A DNA stretch of 63,748 nucleotides, filler included, from Sluysia triapertura (lineage: Eukaryota), in the NCBI GenBank assembly GCA_046118255.1. It is 5 parts of 5 records of this genome, joined end to end, with 100 filler letters (N's around TTAATTAATTAA, not from the genome) between each part and the next. Parts side by side here need not be neighbours in the genome. Positions count along the whole stretch, not along the records: positions 26,244 to 37,962 come from JBJNIA010176918.1; positions 38,063 to 51,960 come from JBJNIA010015199.1; 3 more parts are not named here. The stretch is one strand, 5' to 3'. The notes under the pieces are model-generated. The model was not told where the DNA came from and did no database searches. It worked only from the letters and a program-made list of their open reading frames with translations. Within the stretch, counting starts at the first letter, position 1. Each line of letters opens with the position of its first letter. Positions 36,860-50,657 of this stretch are shown in pieces. Position numbers and translations under genes: made by a program.

Positions 36860-37300
36860 GTTCATTCGTTGATAATTAATAATAATCATAACGACTAACT
36901 TTCCAAGTAAGAAGGTGATTGCACAAAACATACCTTAGTTTAAAATATTACATTGGTTACCACTAAAACTCATTAATATAACTTATAAATACTTACATTA
37001 TGGAAGTCCTTGCTAATATCTCTTGGAAATAATAAAAAATTCACAAACTAAAATAAATTAAGATATAACAATGCATATGGAATCCACAGTGCCACTAAGA
37101 TATGTGATAGGCTATATACTGTTTGTTTCAAAAATATACAACCAACTACCAGACAATGTTACATTAAAAATATTATGAAAAGGCACAGTCTTTTCTGTTT
37201 CAGAAATATTATAAATATTGATTTACTTTAAGCGCTATTGAGCACTTATTTTATAGAAGATATTAGCGCTATCATTATTATTATTATCATTAGTATTATT
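36860..37300 (+). mobile_element. L2-clade LINE 3' fragment, copy 3
   Basis: ILHWLPLK motif and an AAGCGCTATTGAG...TAGCGCTAT-(ATT)n end. Homologous to copies 1 and 2. Confidence 0.8.
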
Positions 37301-37962
37301 AATTATTAATTATTATTTAGAATTAACCTTAATAAATTAAACTTATTTTATACTTTAATCAAAGACAAAATTTAAATACGCATATAAAAATTTAACGTTT
37401 CTTAAATTTCTTTTTTTGATCATAAATTACATAATTTTATTAAGTTTAAAAAAATAATTATATAAAATAAATAAAAATAGCTCTAAACGTGTCAATTCAG
37501 TAAATAAAAAAAAGTATAATTTCGAAAGTTTAGCAGAACTGTAATGAATATTTTACATATTAAAAGAATTTTAATGAGTTAAATATAAGAGTAAAAGAAA
37601 TTTAATTATAAAATGAATCAATTAATTCATAAACATATTTTTCACTATTAATTTAAGTACATATAAATGTCATTTCATATATTTATTATTATTAATTACA
37701 GAATGTGTATCATCCAATAGGAAGTGGTTTAAAACAAGATGTATTATCGTTATTAAACAGTTACAAATCAGTATTAAAAATATGTTAGTTGTTATTGATA
37801 TTGTCAGGGTCAACAAAATTGGACATTGGACATTACTAAATTTAACTAAAAATAACAATTATTGTGTTTATTAATTATCAATTTTATAACAATTTTTGTA
37901 TTTATTGATTATTTTTATTGGACTCTTAATAATTTTACTGTAAGTTTAATAATTCTAGATCG

Positions 37963-38062
37963 NNNNNNNNNNNNNNNNNNNNNNNNNNNNNNNNNNNNNN
38001 NNNNNNTTAATTAATTAANNNNNNNNNNNNNNNNNNNNNNNNNNNNNNNNNNNNNNNNNNNN
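37963..38062. other. Artificial contig linker
   Basis: N44-TTAATTAATTAA-N44. Confidence 0.97.
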
Positions 38063-38783
38063 AAGGAGTCAACAATTAACAATAAAAAAATGTTGTAAGT
38101 TCGATATGTAAATAATTGATAAAATGTTATTGTATAATCTTTTATTATGAAAATTTAAAATGAAAATTACAACATCCAAACTAAAATGGGCATTAATAAA
38201 CTAATTGATTTTTAGTGTGATTTTGCAACCTAGTAAAATAGGCTTACCATCATAAATATGGTCCAACGATTAAACTGAAATCCGATAGGTAATTTTCTGT
38301 TAATTGAACAATTTAATCTCCTTCGTTGAAATAATTTTTCGAAGCAAAATGTAATTTTATGTCAATTGAATAATGAAATCTCCTTCGAACAAATAATTTT
38401 TTCGTTAAATAAATTACGATTGTAAATCGAGAAGTCAAATGCAAATAAAAAATTATAAACACGATTGTCTAATCTATTTTATTATTATCATTATATAGTT
38501 GTTTTGATTGACCTTGATTGTTAATAAATTTTAACAAAATTAAAACACTTAAATATTCTAAATATTCTTAAACATTCTAAATTTTAATACAATAATAATA
38601 TAATTATATAATAATAATATAATTATATAATAATAATATAATTATACTATCAAATTTAATTATTATGTTTATAAGTTTATTGATTTTATTGAATGTATTA
38701 ATTATTTATTTATAGATTACAATTTTATTTATAGATTTCAATTTAATAATTCTAATTTTATTTACATACACTCAATGTATTTA

Positions 38784-38970
38784 CCGTATTTTCTTGTGTA
38801 TAATCGGCACTTAATATATAGCCCGCATTATAAAAATCAACTTTTTTAATATCACCGGCATATATATATTTCTTTAGGATCAATAAAATAAACTACTGAT
38901 GTATAACCCGTACCACAAAAATACACGTTTTTTAATGTTTAGCCCGCGGGCTATAGGCAAGAAAATACGG
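38784..38970. mobile_element. pogo/Tigger-type MITE (187 bp) with TA target duplication
   Basis: TA-CCGTATTTTCTTG ... CAAGAAAATACGG-TA perfect terminal inverted repeats. Confidence 0.85.
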
Positions 38971-40185
38971 TACAAGCATTCAATTGTGGTTGGTTGACAA
39001 AAGCATAGGTAATTAAAAATTGTGACACAAGTTAAAAATCGGTTATTCGTCAGGTATGTGAAAATAGGCAATTAATCTGATTCTACGCACAGTAAAAATC
39101 TTTTTACAAGTTAAATCTACATTCAAGTTTAAACTGTCTAGGAGCCGAGTTTGGTCTAATTTAGTCTAATTCTATAAAATCTGGTTGTGAGTAATATTGT
39201 TATTTGGGTATCATCTTCTAATTTGAAGTGGTCATTCATCAAAGGACATATTCTAATCATTTTTCTTTTTCCACGAAATCGTAAGATATTTGTTATTAAG
39301 TTTTTTAAATCCTACAATTAGTACAGGATCAACTTTTGACTTAAAATATTAAACTTTTGAATCGAAGAATTAATCCTGGATTAAAATCTAATTTAAAATT
39401 TTGAAATTTTTAACCAATTAAGAGAAATCTTAATATAATTGTTGTCATTGTTTATTTTGATATTTTAATTTTTTGTAATAAATTCTTCGGATACTTTATT
39501 GTTTACTTTCGAATAACTTAATGAGATAGTTGTTACGAATACATTGTTTTAAGTGTCTTAATTAGAAAATAACCTTTAAGAATAATAGGTGATTAAGGAA
39601 GGTTGTAGTAAGTGGTTAAAATAAAGAATATCTAATTATAATTAAAAAGTAAATAAAAGACCCTTATTTAGAATAATGATACATTAAAACACATTTAACA
39701 ATAATTAGTAAGAGATTAATTAAGAAGAAAATTTGTATTAAGATTAGGGAACTATTTATCGCAGAATTTAATTATAAACCACTTATTTCAGGCGAACGTT
39801 TAATCATATTTTCAAATAAACTAATAAAGTTTTATTAACCTATTTTAGTTTAAAGAAATAACAAAAATTATTACAATAGTAAAAACATACAAAATTATAA
39901 TAAATAACATCAAAAAGAAATATATACTATTATCAATTTAAATTTTGCTTAAAAGTTTCTGTCCGTAACATCATTTTAATTTTAGACATCAAATTATGTT
40001 AGTATAAGCCAAAGTATAACATTTAAATATTTAAAATGAAAAAAATAAATATTTAGAATTTATTTTTGCGTTACTATGACATATGCCGATAAAGAAAGGT
40101 CAATATGTTAAATAAATAATTAAAATGTATATAAACAGTGATTGAAAATCTAGAATTTATTTGAAAATATTGGATTCAAATTAAA

Positions 40186-40581
40186 ATGTGGAAAATTTTT
40201 ATGTGTGCTATTTTTATATTTTTAAGCTGTAAGTTTGAATTCTTGTTGAACTATTTATGACTATTAGGCTATAATGTCGAATGTTTAACTTGTTTTATCT
40301 GTCGTGATTGTGCAACTACTCCAAGCAATGTAACGTCGTCGTGTGCGACAGGCGTCTGTGAAGTATTTATTAAAAATGCTACAATAAATAGAAATTGTTC
40401 TACTACAGGCTCGGTAAAACAATGTCCAGATGGCTCAAAATGTTGTGATGCAGATTTATGTAACAATTATTCATGTAAAATCGATAATACAAAACTCTCT
40501 TGCAGCAGTACTCATTTCCTTACATTCAATACAATCGGTTTAATATTGCTTTTCATCGTGACTTTTATAAAGCAAATTTAA
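40186..40581 (+). CDS. Ly6/uPAR (three-finger, LU domain) GPI-anchored protein; exons 40186-40228 and 40268-40581
   Basis: Signal peptide MWKIFMCAIFIFLSC, then a 39-nt phase-1 GTAAGT..TAG intron. LTCFIC..C...C...C...C...C..CCDADLCN gives ten Cys and the CCxxxxCN signature, followed by a hydrophobic C-terminal tail. 118 aa, intact. Confidence 0.88.
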
Positions 40582-41956
40582 CAATTAATATTGACTCTAA
40601 TAATAACATGATATTATATAGCAAATTCCTTTGATTATATTAATTATATTTTTACCATAAAATTTTATCAAATGTTACATATTTAATGAATTAAATAAAG
40701 CATTTTTAAGCACCAATTCGAAGTATTAATGAATTTTATATATTTAAACCCATAAATGCTCATCACAATTAAAAATTGGTACAATAAAATAATTTATTTA
40801 AATAAAGCAATTAATGCGAGTAATATATAAATTAAACCAAAGTTTTAGAGTGTTTGATCGAAAATTACTTTGGTTGGGAATCAAATTTTCAAAATCATGT
40901 GTAAATTATAGTTATTTGTGAATGAAATTGAGGAGATACTGTTCCGAGATCAAATAATTCATATTATAAACTGAAATTAATTTAAATTGCCGGAAAGAGA
41001 TGATTATATAAATGTATATAGTGCATTTAAACTAACACAACAATAATTAAAGGTAGAAAATGTAGCTTGGTATTCATCACACTTAAATATCAAATGAATA
41101 ATGATACTGATTATACTAAAGCATTGAACGATCTTTTTATTAAAGAAATGAAGAATCAGGTACAAACAAATGCTAAATAATTCATAAATAATTTATATAT
41201 AAAACTACATATTTAATAAATTTTAACTGAATATTAAAAATTCGTAAGATTCAATCTTTAAATCTATTTTTGTTGTGCTTGAATAATTAGTTTTCGAAAA
41301 GAAAATATGGTTAATTTAAATAAATTATAACAAATGAGTTTATTGTATGAATGTATTAAATTTAAAATTCTTTCATTTACTTCATTTAATAAAATAAAAA
41401 TGTCTTACCTAATAAAATATTATTTTATACATTTTATGTTTTCCATTTATAAATTTAATTTTGAAAAAATTAATAAAAGTTATTTATTTCTTTGTCGTAA
41501 TAATTAAAAGATTTGTTTTCTGTGATCTTTATTTATTTATTAGTTATTTTAAGCGGATATAATAAGTTATTACAAAAAATAAAAAATTTATAATTTGATA
41601 ATAAACATACTTTTACATTTTTTCTTGATTTATAAAATTATATTTATATGTATACATTGCAAAAGTTAAACTATTGTGATTTTAAATGTTACTTTTGACA
41701 ATCAATATTTTAATTAATGATTTTTATTTATTCGATTCTAATAATATGTAAATTTGTAGTAATTTAATTTGTTATCTTTAAGATTGCTTACTTAAAAATA
41801 ATATAACGGATTTTTTATAATTAGAGATTATTTTATGTTAATTAGAGTTTTATATTTTTATTAATTTGAAGTTTCTGCAACTGGATTCTAATATATTAAT
41901 TCATGGGAACATTGATTTAGTATAATTTATTATTACTTCTAATGTTATTATTATTG

Positions 41957-42440
41957 TGGAAAAGTGTAGTAAAATTTACAATAAAATGTGAATCCACTTA
42001 AGATCCTAGGCTAGTCCTTAGGATTTTAACAACAATAATCATAAACTTATTGGAGGTTAACATTATTATTAATGACTTGCTTAATTCCCTTCTTAAATGA
42101 GGCCTTGAAAAATTATTATCTTAGAGTTTCTTATTAATTGAAACCTCAAAATATTAAATTTTAATTTTCTGGTATATTTGTAAACTTATTTGTCTTACTC
42201 TTAATCAGTTTTTTGAAAATTTATTATATTCTTTAATAATTCAATTTACTTAGGTTCTTTATTAAATAGAACCGTTATTAATTTATTGAATTGGAATTTT
42301 ACTTCGATTAAAAAACTTTCCTCTTAATCTAAGTTATAGTATTTAATTCTTACTATTAATTATACTAATTCTTCTTAGAAATTAAAAGAATATTAATTAA
42401 ATGAAAGTTTATTAACAAAAATGGGAATAATATTGTTACA
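41957..42440 (-). mobile_element. Family B-related LTR-like repeat
   Basis: TGTGG terminus, GTGAATCCAC core variant, and a GGTTCT...AGAACC-TAAGTAAA hairpin unit (reverse complement of 42245-42273). Confidence 0.35.
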
Positions 42441-43034
42441 AGTGTTATAAATATAGTGTAAAAATTTTTATGAATATTACTATTAAACTAGTAATCTTCG
42501 TAATAAAAATTTTAAAAATATGATTTTATTTTGCTATTAATGTAAAAAACAACGAGAATAATAAAGTTTTAAAATTTTGAGTATATTTTACTTTGCAAAA
42601 TCTTAAATATTTGCACAAACTTATAAAAAAGAAACTAAAGATTTTTCTTTTTATGATTAGTAAAATCTTTTGGAGTGATGCCACAATATTTAAAATTTTC
42701 TCAATAGAATAATTGATATTCAAACTATACACAAATGTAAATAATAGAAGACTAGTATTGTATAAAATAAATGAATCAATGATGTTGATATATTTAATCG
42801 GTTCACATTTAAAAAACCAAACTTCAAAAAAATTTAAAATTATTTCTTTTGTGTAATGCTAAATTATATATCTTCAAAAATGAAATTTTAGATCAATATT
42901 TTTATGTAATTGATACACCTGACAAAATAAATAGTTGTTAAAACCGTTGTAATTATTTATTATTATGTTATAATTGTTTTAAAAACTTATAAAAAAGAAA
43001 CATCAACCAAATATATAAAAATACTAAAACCATT

Positions 43035-44070
43035 TAATTATATGATAGATATGCAATGGTTCGAAGATATGTAAGTATATCTGATCTTCCAAAGTTAGAA
43101 ACCGTTCTTGAAACTCTCTCATTTAGCAGTCTATACTTACAATTAGATATTTGAACCACACCTGTTGTACCCTGTAAAAAGCATGCTTTTGATGTTGCAT
43201 ATCTTTTGTCAAACCTTCAAAAACTTCATATTGTAAGTATTGCAAGGGATAATGCCATTCCTCGACAGTATTGGTAGTTCTGGCTATTCCTGAAACACCG
43301 GCTGAAAACCGATTCCATTTTTCTATTGAAAAAAGTGGCCTAGAAAGAATATTTTCCTGCGTTCTATTTCAAAAAAGGTTATGAACTCATCAAGTCTTTC
43401 CACTTCGCTTATTATTGATCATGCAAAAACTTCAAATGATTCTTCTACTTCATCTAAAGGAACATAAGCAAGTGCGGCAAAAGATCGAATATAATCTCTT
43501 AAATGATCATTATTTTCATATTTTGATTTCATTACTAATTCATTTACTTTTCTTAAAACGCTATGACAAAGGTGAAAATAACATTCTGTTACTCTAGCAA
43601 TTGGAAATATTGTTCAAAATCAACCAAAATTTTTTCAGGAGAACTTTCAGGAATTAATTGCCTGATAACAGTTAACAGTCGAATATAGGTATTATTTGTT
43701 TTGTTTGGCAGTAAACAATACACCCCTACTAAATTTATCCCATCTGAAAAATGGAAATGAATTGTAAAAAGTTGAAAAAAGATATTTGTCACCACTTTGA
43801 AGAGAGAGGACCTCGAAAGTCCATTACGAAGTAATAGACAACCTTCAATTAAGATTCTATCATCGCCAGGTCCATAATGAAACAAGATAATATCAATTAA
43901 ATGTAAAGTAATTTCAAACGATAAATCGAATGGATTTGCTGGAATTGGAGCTGCATTAATTTCTTATATAAATTTTCTTTTTTGCCTATACAGTATTTTC
44001 TTTGGCAACCCCATTAAAAGATTATCATCTAATGACCTCATGACATCCGTCATTATATTAATCGGATTTA
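43035..44070 (-). mobile_element. MULE (Mutator-like) transposase pseudogene
   Basis: GPGDDRILI, FKVVTNIFFQLFTIH, VYCLLPNKTNNTYIRL, PEKILVDFE and a terminal YLRTIAY. Frameshifts and deletions present. Confidence 0.88.
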
Positions 44071-44169
44071 CAGTGCGGAGAGGGCTTTTTATATTTTATA
44101 TTTAAAATTTCATTTAAAACTTTCAATTAATATTAAACATTTTAAATAAAACTTAGAAGAAATTAACAA

Positions 44170-44825
44170 AGTAGGCTTACGGTCTTTTTAAAACAATAAA
44201 TTAAGTAAATAAACAACGAGGTTGAATTTTATATTAACAAGAAATAAAACTATAAAAATATAAATACGATCATTATCAGTTTTATCTGCAAAATCATCAT
44301 TAGTAACTAGATTTAAATTTGCTAAACTAATAGAGTGTCTTTATAGAATGTATTATTTGACTCCTGCAAAGAATTTTCTGAACTTATAACGCAAATATAA
44401 TTCTGGAGGCGTGTCCACCTAACAGAAACGTCTTATGACTTAGAAGAGTCACGTACTTTAAAATGTTTAATTAGGTGAATGGATTCGTTTAATAATTATC
44501 AAAAATTAAATATATTTTAGAAGATTTTGAGTTAGCCTTTTTATGGTCTAATTTAGAAAACTTTATATGATATTTTATGATTTTTAGCTAGCCTTATTGC
44601 GGTCTAGCGTTGATAAAGGATTTTAATCTTTTAATAAATAATTCAAAACTTCCTGTAAGGTATATTATTGAAAAGAACTTTATCTACAGAAATTTTCCAA
44701 ATAAAAGAAAATAAGCAATATAATAATAATAATAATACAAAATTTAGTACTTAAATTTTAGTGATTTAATACAAAGAATTTTAAATAAAGGTTAACTTAG
44801 ACTATTACGGTCTAAGTATAAAACA
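44170..44825. repeat. Unclassified repeat with four spaced TAGAC/TAGCC...GGTCTA hairpin units
   Basis: Units near 44172, 44533, 44589 and 44798. Confidence 0.45.
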
Positions 44826-44945
44826 AATTATTATTTTAAGTACATTTTACTTCTCCCGATTACGGTGAGAATTGCATTTAATAAAATGCAATTTATAAAT
44901 AATAATATAATAAAATAAAGGCCAAATATTAAATTATATTATAAT

Positions 44946-45616
44946 TCAAATAATATTCACACTGTCCTTTGCATCATTGTCGACCATAGCCTTGCCAACC
45001 TCACATTCCAATTTATCTTCACCAGTTTTTGCTAATGTTATTAAATTTTTAACTTCATATTTTGTAGGACTCAGTGCTTTACAAATATATTGTAGTATAT
45101 CTAGTAGACCTAAATAACTACCTTTGTAATAATCAAAAATAAGTTCAACCATATAGTATTCATTTCTATAAAAACAAGCAACATTTTTAGTCAATTGCAA
45201 TTTACAAAAACGATATTCTATTTTTTCAAAAATGTTTCATTAACTTTGCCTGAGAATTGCTTAATATAAATATTTGGATGCATTGCCATCATAAAACAAT
45301 GATAACGAACTCCATATTTGGAAGGTGAATATCCATTAATTTTTAACCAACGATCCAACCATGGATTTTGACTCATATCAAAAATAAGAGCTTCTATTTG
45401 ACATAATGTTGACACAGTGCTCGTATCGAATTTTACACTAATTTTAGTTGTTGATATATCAAGAAACAGCATTAAAAATATAAACATAGTATTCTGCAAA
45501 CTAGACATTAAACAGAAATTTCGAATAAAATACATATAATTAGTTTCTAAATCTAATTCAACTGATTTGTTTGCTAGTACAGATTCCAAATTTTGAGCTA
45601 TTAACATTTTAATCAT
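44946..45616 (-). pseudogene. Intronless orphan gene, one stop/frameshift
   Basis: Adjacent ORFs 45218-45616 and 44946-45200, with tandem CCAAT boxes upstream at 45812-45830. Confidence 0.45.
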
Positions 45617-45899
45617 TTAAGATCAACATAATTTTAAAAAATCAATTTTTTATAATTTTTTAACTTTTTATTATTTGTAGTTTTTAGTTACGGATTTCGT
45701 TTTCGTAAGATAAATTACTATACTAAGTATTGATTCGACTACAGTGGTGATAAATAGAGTTACGTAATTCTAAAGTATTTAAATCATGCAATTGCACTAA
45801 TCCTTTTTCACAACCAATAATAATAACCAATAATAATCAGAACAATTATCAAGTTTGTTTTGCCATATAATATTACAAGAGATAACATCTGCTACACGG

Positions 45900-46480
45900 C
45901 ATTTTAGAAAAATGTCAGTTCCATAAATTGCATGTTAATATTGAGTTGTAATAACTAATAAAGTTTAAAGACGCAACAATATAATTAGTACTGGATTTTG
46001 TAGGTTTTGTTGTATTAACTATTTCCTTATTATTTTCAAGTGTTAAAACTTGTGGTGCTCTACGAACAAGAGATTGTTCATTACTTTCACGGTAGTTGTT
46101 TAATTCTTCTAAAGTTTAATCACATGTTTCGTTATTAAATTTATCATCATTAGTCACATTTTCTTTTTCTTGTTGCGTTTTAATTAAGATACTTGTTTTT
46201 CTATCTTTCACATAAATATTATTATCGATTTCTGATTTATATTCGTTCACTAGTGATGTTGCTTTATTTTGCATCATTGTGGCAGTTCTAGGTCTAAGAT
46301 GTGTGAAGTTGAGTTTATTTGTAGGTGCATGTTCAGGAATGATTACATCAGTTTTAGTATGATTTGCCGCGAATTTCTGATTGTGAGATGATTAATCTGT
46401 GTTTCTTTTAAGAGATCGTGCTAAATTATCGCATACTAACTTACTTGCTGTCATACATGAATCTTCATCACTAATATAAT
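45900..46480 (-). pseudogene. Intronless hydrophilic orphan gene with in-frame stops
   Basis: MTASKLVCDNLARSLKRNTD*SSHNQKFAANH...THLRPRTATMMQ... stays in one frame for more than 150 codons with two stops. TGACGCAA motifs lie upstream at 46722 and 46765. Confidence 0.4.
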
Positions 46481-47237
46481 GTTATATTTTGTTTATTTGA
46501 TTGATGAAGCTGTTTTTTCTGCTTGGTAAATATATACCACTAAGAGACTATCTATCGCGGCTATTGGGAAACACATACAAATATATAGAAATTTACACAA
46601 ACAAAAGAATTTTTAAAAAATCAAATGAAAAAAATCAAATACAAATCATTTTTATAAATCTCCACTGAACAATACTAAAAATGACAAGATTAACAATAAT
46701 TTTTATAATATTATTAAGGAATGACGCAAGAAATCAGTGACATTCTACCTAAAAAAACCAGGAGTGACGCAACAAACACTAAAAATATCAATATCTATAA
46801 AGTTTAAAATAGTGATAATGCTCATGTATTTTCAATAATCTTAACCTAACTTAATAACGATTAAATATTATAGAATAATTTTGGTAGGGATCCACGAAAA
46901 AATCAAAGTTGTCAATTTCCTATGAAAAAGTAAAAATAAAAATGATATTGCTAAAATATTTCAAAGTAATTTTATTTTATCTGATTAGCAAAAAAAATTA
47001 TAAAAATTTTTCATTTTATACTCTGTTATCATCCAATCAATCCAAGGTCTCACAATCAAACACTGTCACACAAATCATCAAAATCTCTTTGAGAATCAGA
47101 CCGACAATAACAACTTTGATATTGTACGTTCCATCCAACTTCATTAGGAATAAAACGTAGAAATTTGATTTATTATCAACCATCACGTTCTTTTACTCAC
47201 ATTAAAGTATCAATCAATAATATCATTAACACACATA

Positions 47238-47900
47238 AAAATAATGAATTTAATTTCACTTTTTAGAATTTAATTAATTTTTGGTTTTTCACACCCAATT
47301 TTCTAATGAAAAGTGTTTTGAGGTTCTTATTCTCAAATGAACTGTTCTACAAACATTTCGAACTCACTTATTGATTGTTCTTTTTCATAGAAATCATTTC
47401 ATATTCCAGTCATTACATTTGCATCACTCTAAGTATAAAAAATATTCAACATTCCATAATTAGAAATTGATTAAAATTTGACTTTGCTCAATATTAAGGC
47501 TTTCCTTGCATGAACTCGATCAAACCATACCTTCATAGAAAGGTCTTTTCAAAACAAATACATACATAGTTTCAAATTCAACATAGCATTCCACATTCAA
47601 AAGTTATTCACAAAATCGTACTTTTTCTTAATTAAGTTAATTAAGATTTTTAATTAATTAATCTATGTTTAAAGGTTTTGTTAAGGTTCTAAAGTTATTT
47701 AGTAATTTATAAGGCATTCAGGAGGTTCTAGATGTTTTCACTTTCACCTCTCTGATTCCTTTTCTACTTATTCATGTTAATTATTACTATGTTAAACTTA
47801 TCTTTAATATTTTGAACAAATATTTTACTTCTCAAACATTTTGAAGATTTTATACACTTTATAATATTGCTCGAAGATATTTGAAATTCTATTTTATCAT
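47238..47900. repeat. Family D repeat, copy 1
   Basis: Collinear with 50667-51245 (e.g. GGCTTTCCTTGCATGAACT, TTATAAGGCATTCAGGAGG). Confidence 0.85.
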
Positions 47901-48169
47901 CCATGTCTACGGTAATTTGTTATTATAAGGTATTTTTATCTTCTCGGATAGGATAAAAATATTAAAATCTAACTCTAAAATATTTTTTAATTGTTTTTTC
48001 ATCCTTGACGTAATGAGAGGAATTTTAGATTATTAAACTTTTAATTTTAATCAAATATTTTTAGAAATTTTGATTATAAATTAAATTATCTTTATTATAT
48101 TATTAAATGTGTTTATTTTGATAATAATAATAATAATAATAAAAGTTAACCATTGTTATTTTTTTATTG

Positions 48170-48353
48170 ATAAATCGGTATAAGACCCTCATAATAAAAA
48201 AGTGTTATAAGCGACATTCTCAAGAGGTTTAATACGATTTTAATTATCTTAGTTTCAGAAGTGCCAACTATTAGTTGTATAAGACGCTTACTGTAACTGG
48301 ACCCTGCTCAATTTTATTTTGCCGTAAGTTTAGCATTAAGGAAAACCACAGCA
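48170..48353 (+). mobile_element. Family A LTR-like repeat, 3' fragment
   Basis: CTTACTGTAACTGGACCCTGCTC...GCCGTAAG...AAAACCACAGCA. Confidence 0.7.
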
Positions 48354-49060
48354 ATATTATAAAGTCTAAAGTTATTATTACTTTGTTAGAATGGAGTGCC
48401 TATGTCTGTCTGATTGATTTAGAACTATATTACACTTTGACAGGAAATAATAAATTAACCAATTTTCACATTTTATTGAAAATTCATGAAAAATTATACA
48501 TTTTTAATTAATTTTGAAATTAACATTAACGCAAGTGGCGCCAGCTATTTAATGGCTTTTCTCATATATTTCATATAATTTCTCAAATAAATTTATGTTC
48601 GCAAAAATGCGCTCACCGACGGTTAAAGGGTTAATAATTACATAAATAATGATTATTATTTCATACGCTTACAACAAAAGAATACCTTTTATGAACGAGA
48701 ACCATCTATTTATACTTTTCTATAAATTTTTAATTCGTACAATAAGTGAAATTGTTTATGATGTAATTAACTAATTTTGTGAATATACGATATTACAATA
48801 AATTAATTTTTTGGTAATTATGTAATTGAATTATTTTTTTATTTTCGTAACGATAATAATAGTTCCATTTATCGTAAATTACCTTTTCTATTATATATTA
48901 AATAATAATAGGTCCGTTAGTAGCTGATAATAACAATAGTTCCATGAATTTATTTATTCTGCTAATAATTATTCGTTTAATGGTTAATCTAATTTACGTT
49001 ATTTTAGTTTAATTTTTTAAAGTTTATATACATATATATGCAAGATTTTTTTTGTGACTA

Positions 49061-49925
49061 TGTTGTAGAATAAAACTTAAAAAACTTATGTGAGTCCACC
49101 AACGTATTGGGCGTACAAACCTAATGGCCAACCGTTGGATTTTATATTAAAAATTGGGTCTAATAATTTAATAGTTTAATAACAATTTAGAGGTCTAGTT
49201 GCGATTTTAATGATTTTAGGATTATTTTAAAAAATATAAAATGTATTTTACTAAGGTTTGAATATACAAACCTGTTTTTAAAATAAATAATTTACTAAGG
49301 TTCAGTATAAATGAACCTATTAATGATTTTACTTGGATTCACCAAGGAACCCGATGAAATTGTCAGAACGAATATTAAATATACACCAAAATTTTATTAA
49401 TAAACAATAAAATATTACAATATAATGAATTAAAATTACAAGAGATTATTCTAGGAATAATCTTAAAATAAAAGTTAAAAATTATTTTTCTCCACTATCA
49501 ATAAAAGATAGCAGTTTAATTAAAATATAATTTAAGTGTGAATTTGAAGATGCAATGTTAAAAATTGCTGTAAGCTTATAATCAAAAAACTAACGATAAC
49601 TAATCGAGATGGAATAAAATGTAATTGTTTTCACGGCGAGTGCAGTTGTTTTTTAAGAATAACAGCTAGTGCAATTGTGTTCACGAATAATAGCTCTTCC
49701 AAGTAAAAAATGAAATCGCGAAATTATAAAATTTGTAAGTCAAAAATTGTGTATTGTAGAAATCAAGCATCTCTTTATATATTTATGTAGAATGGCCTTG
49801 AACAAAACAAAATGTTGAAAGAATAAAACAATTTAATATTTTTTATAATTTTTATTTTAAATTTAATATTCATCAATTTTTTAAATATTTTAAATTTAAT
49901 ATTTATAATAATAATATTAATAACA
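49061..49925 (-). mobile_element. Family B LTR-like repeat, near-complete (865 bp)
   Basis: TGTTGT...TAACA termini, with the core and triple hairpin homologous to 1-984. No TSD seen. Confidence 0.65.
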
Positions 49926-50657
49926 AAATACAAACCTGGATGATGATAAGCATAAATTTTGAATAAATTTCCAATAATTAATAAATTCTCGTAATTAATA
50001 TTTATGTTTTAGACATCTGAAATTTACATTTTAGACTTTGACTAAATATTTAAATTAATATTTTTTAGACTTTGAATAAATATTTAAATTAATATTTACA
50101 TATTTGAATGTGAATGACTAATGACTGAATATTTCAAACTAAATATTTGAATATTTACATATTTGAATGACTAATGACTAAACTAAATATTTGATGACTA
50201 AACTAAATATTTGAATTAAATTATTTACACAATTTAGCAGTAGCTTAAAATCAAAGATAAAATAATAATCAAATTAATTAGCTTAAAATATTTTAAAATT
50301 ATTTGGGCAGAAATATCCAAAAAAATTAATTTGATTTAGGTCAAAAAAATTAACAAAATAATTATAAAAATTATAAAAAATTATAAATTATAAAAGTTAG
50401 TGAAATCTTTAATTAAAATTAATAAAAACATAATTAATGAAAATGAAATAAGTTAATAATAATTTTATAAAATAAAAATAAGCTAACATTTAATAAAAAT
50501 AACAAGTTAATTCCAATAAATTGTTTAATGTTCAGTAATAAATTAATTCGATAATAATAATAAATAAATCAATAATTGATTAAAATAATAACAAAATTGT
50601 GTGTTTTAATAATAAAAACATAAAATTGTGCGTTATGTTATATGTTATGTTATGTGT

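Noticed and set aside
40269-40466. Minus-strand 65-aa ORF
   Set aside because: It is the antisense shadow of the Ly6 exon.
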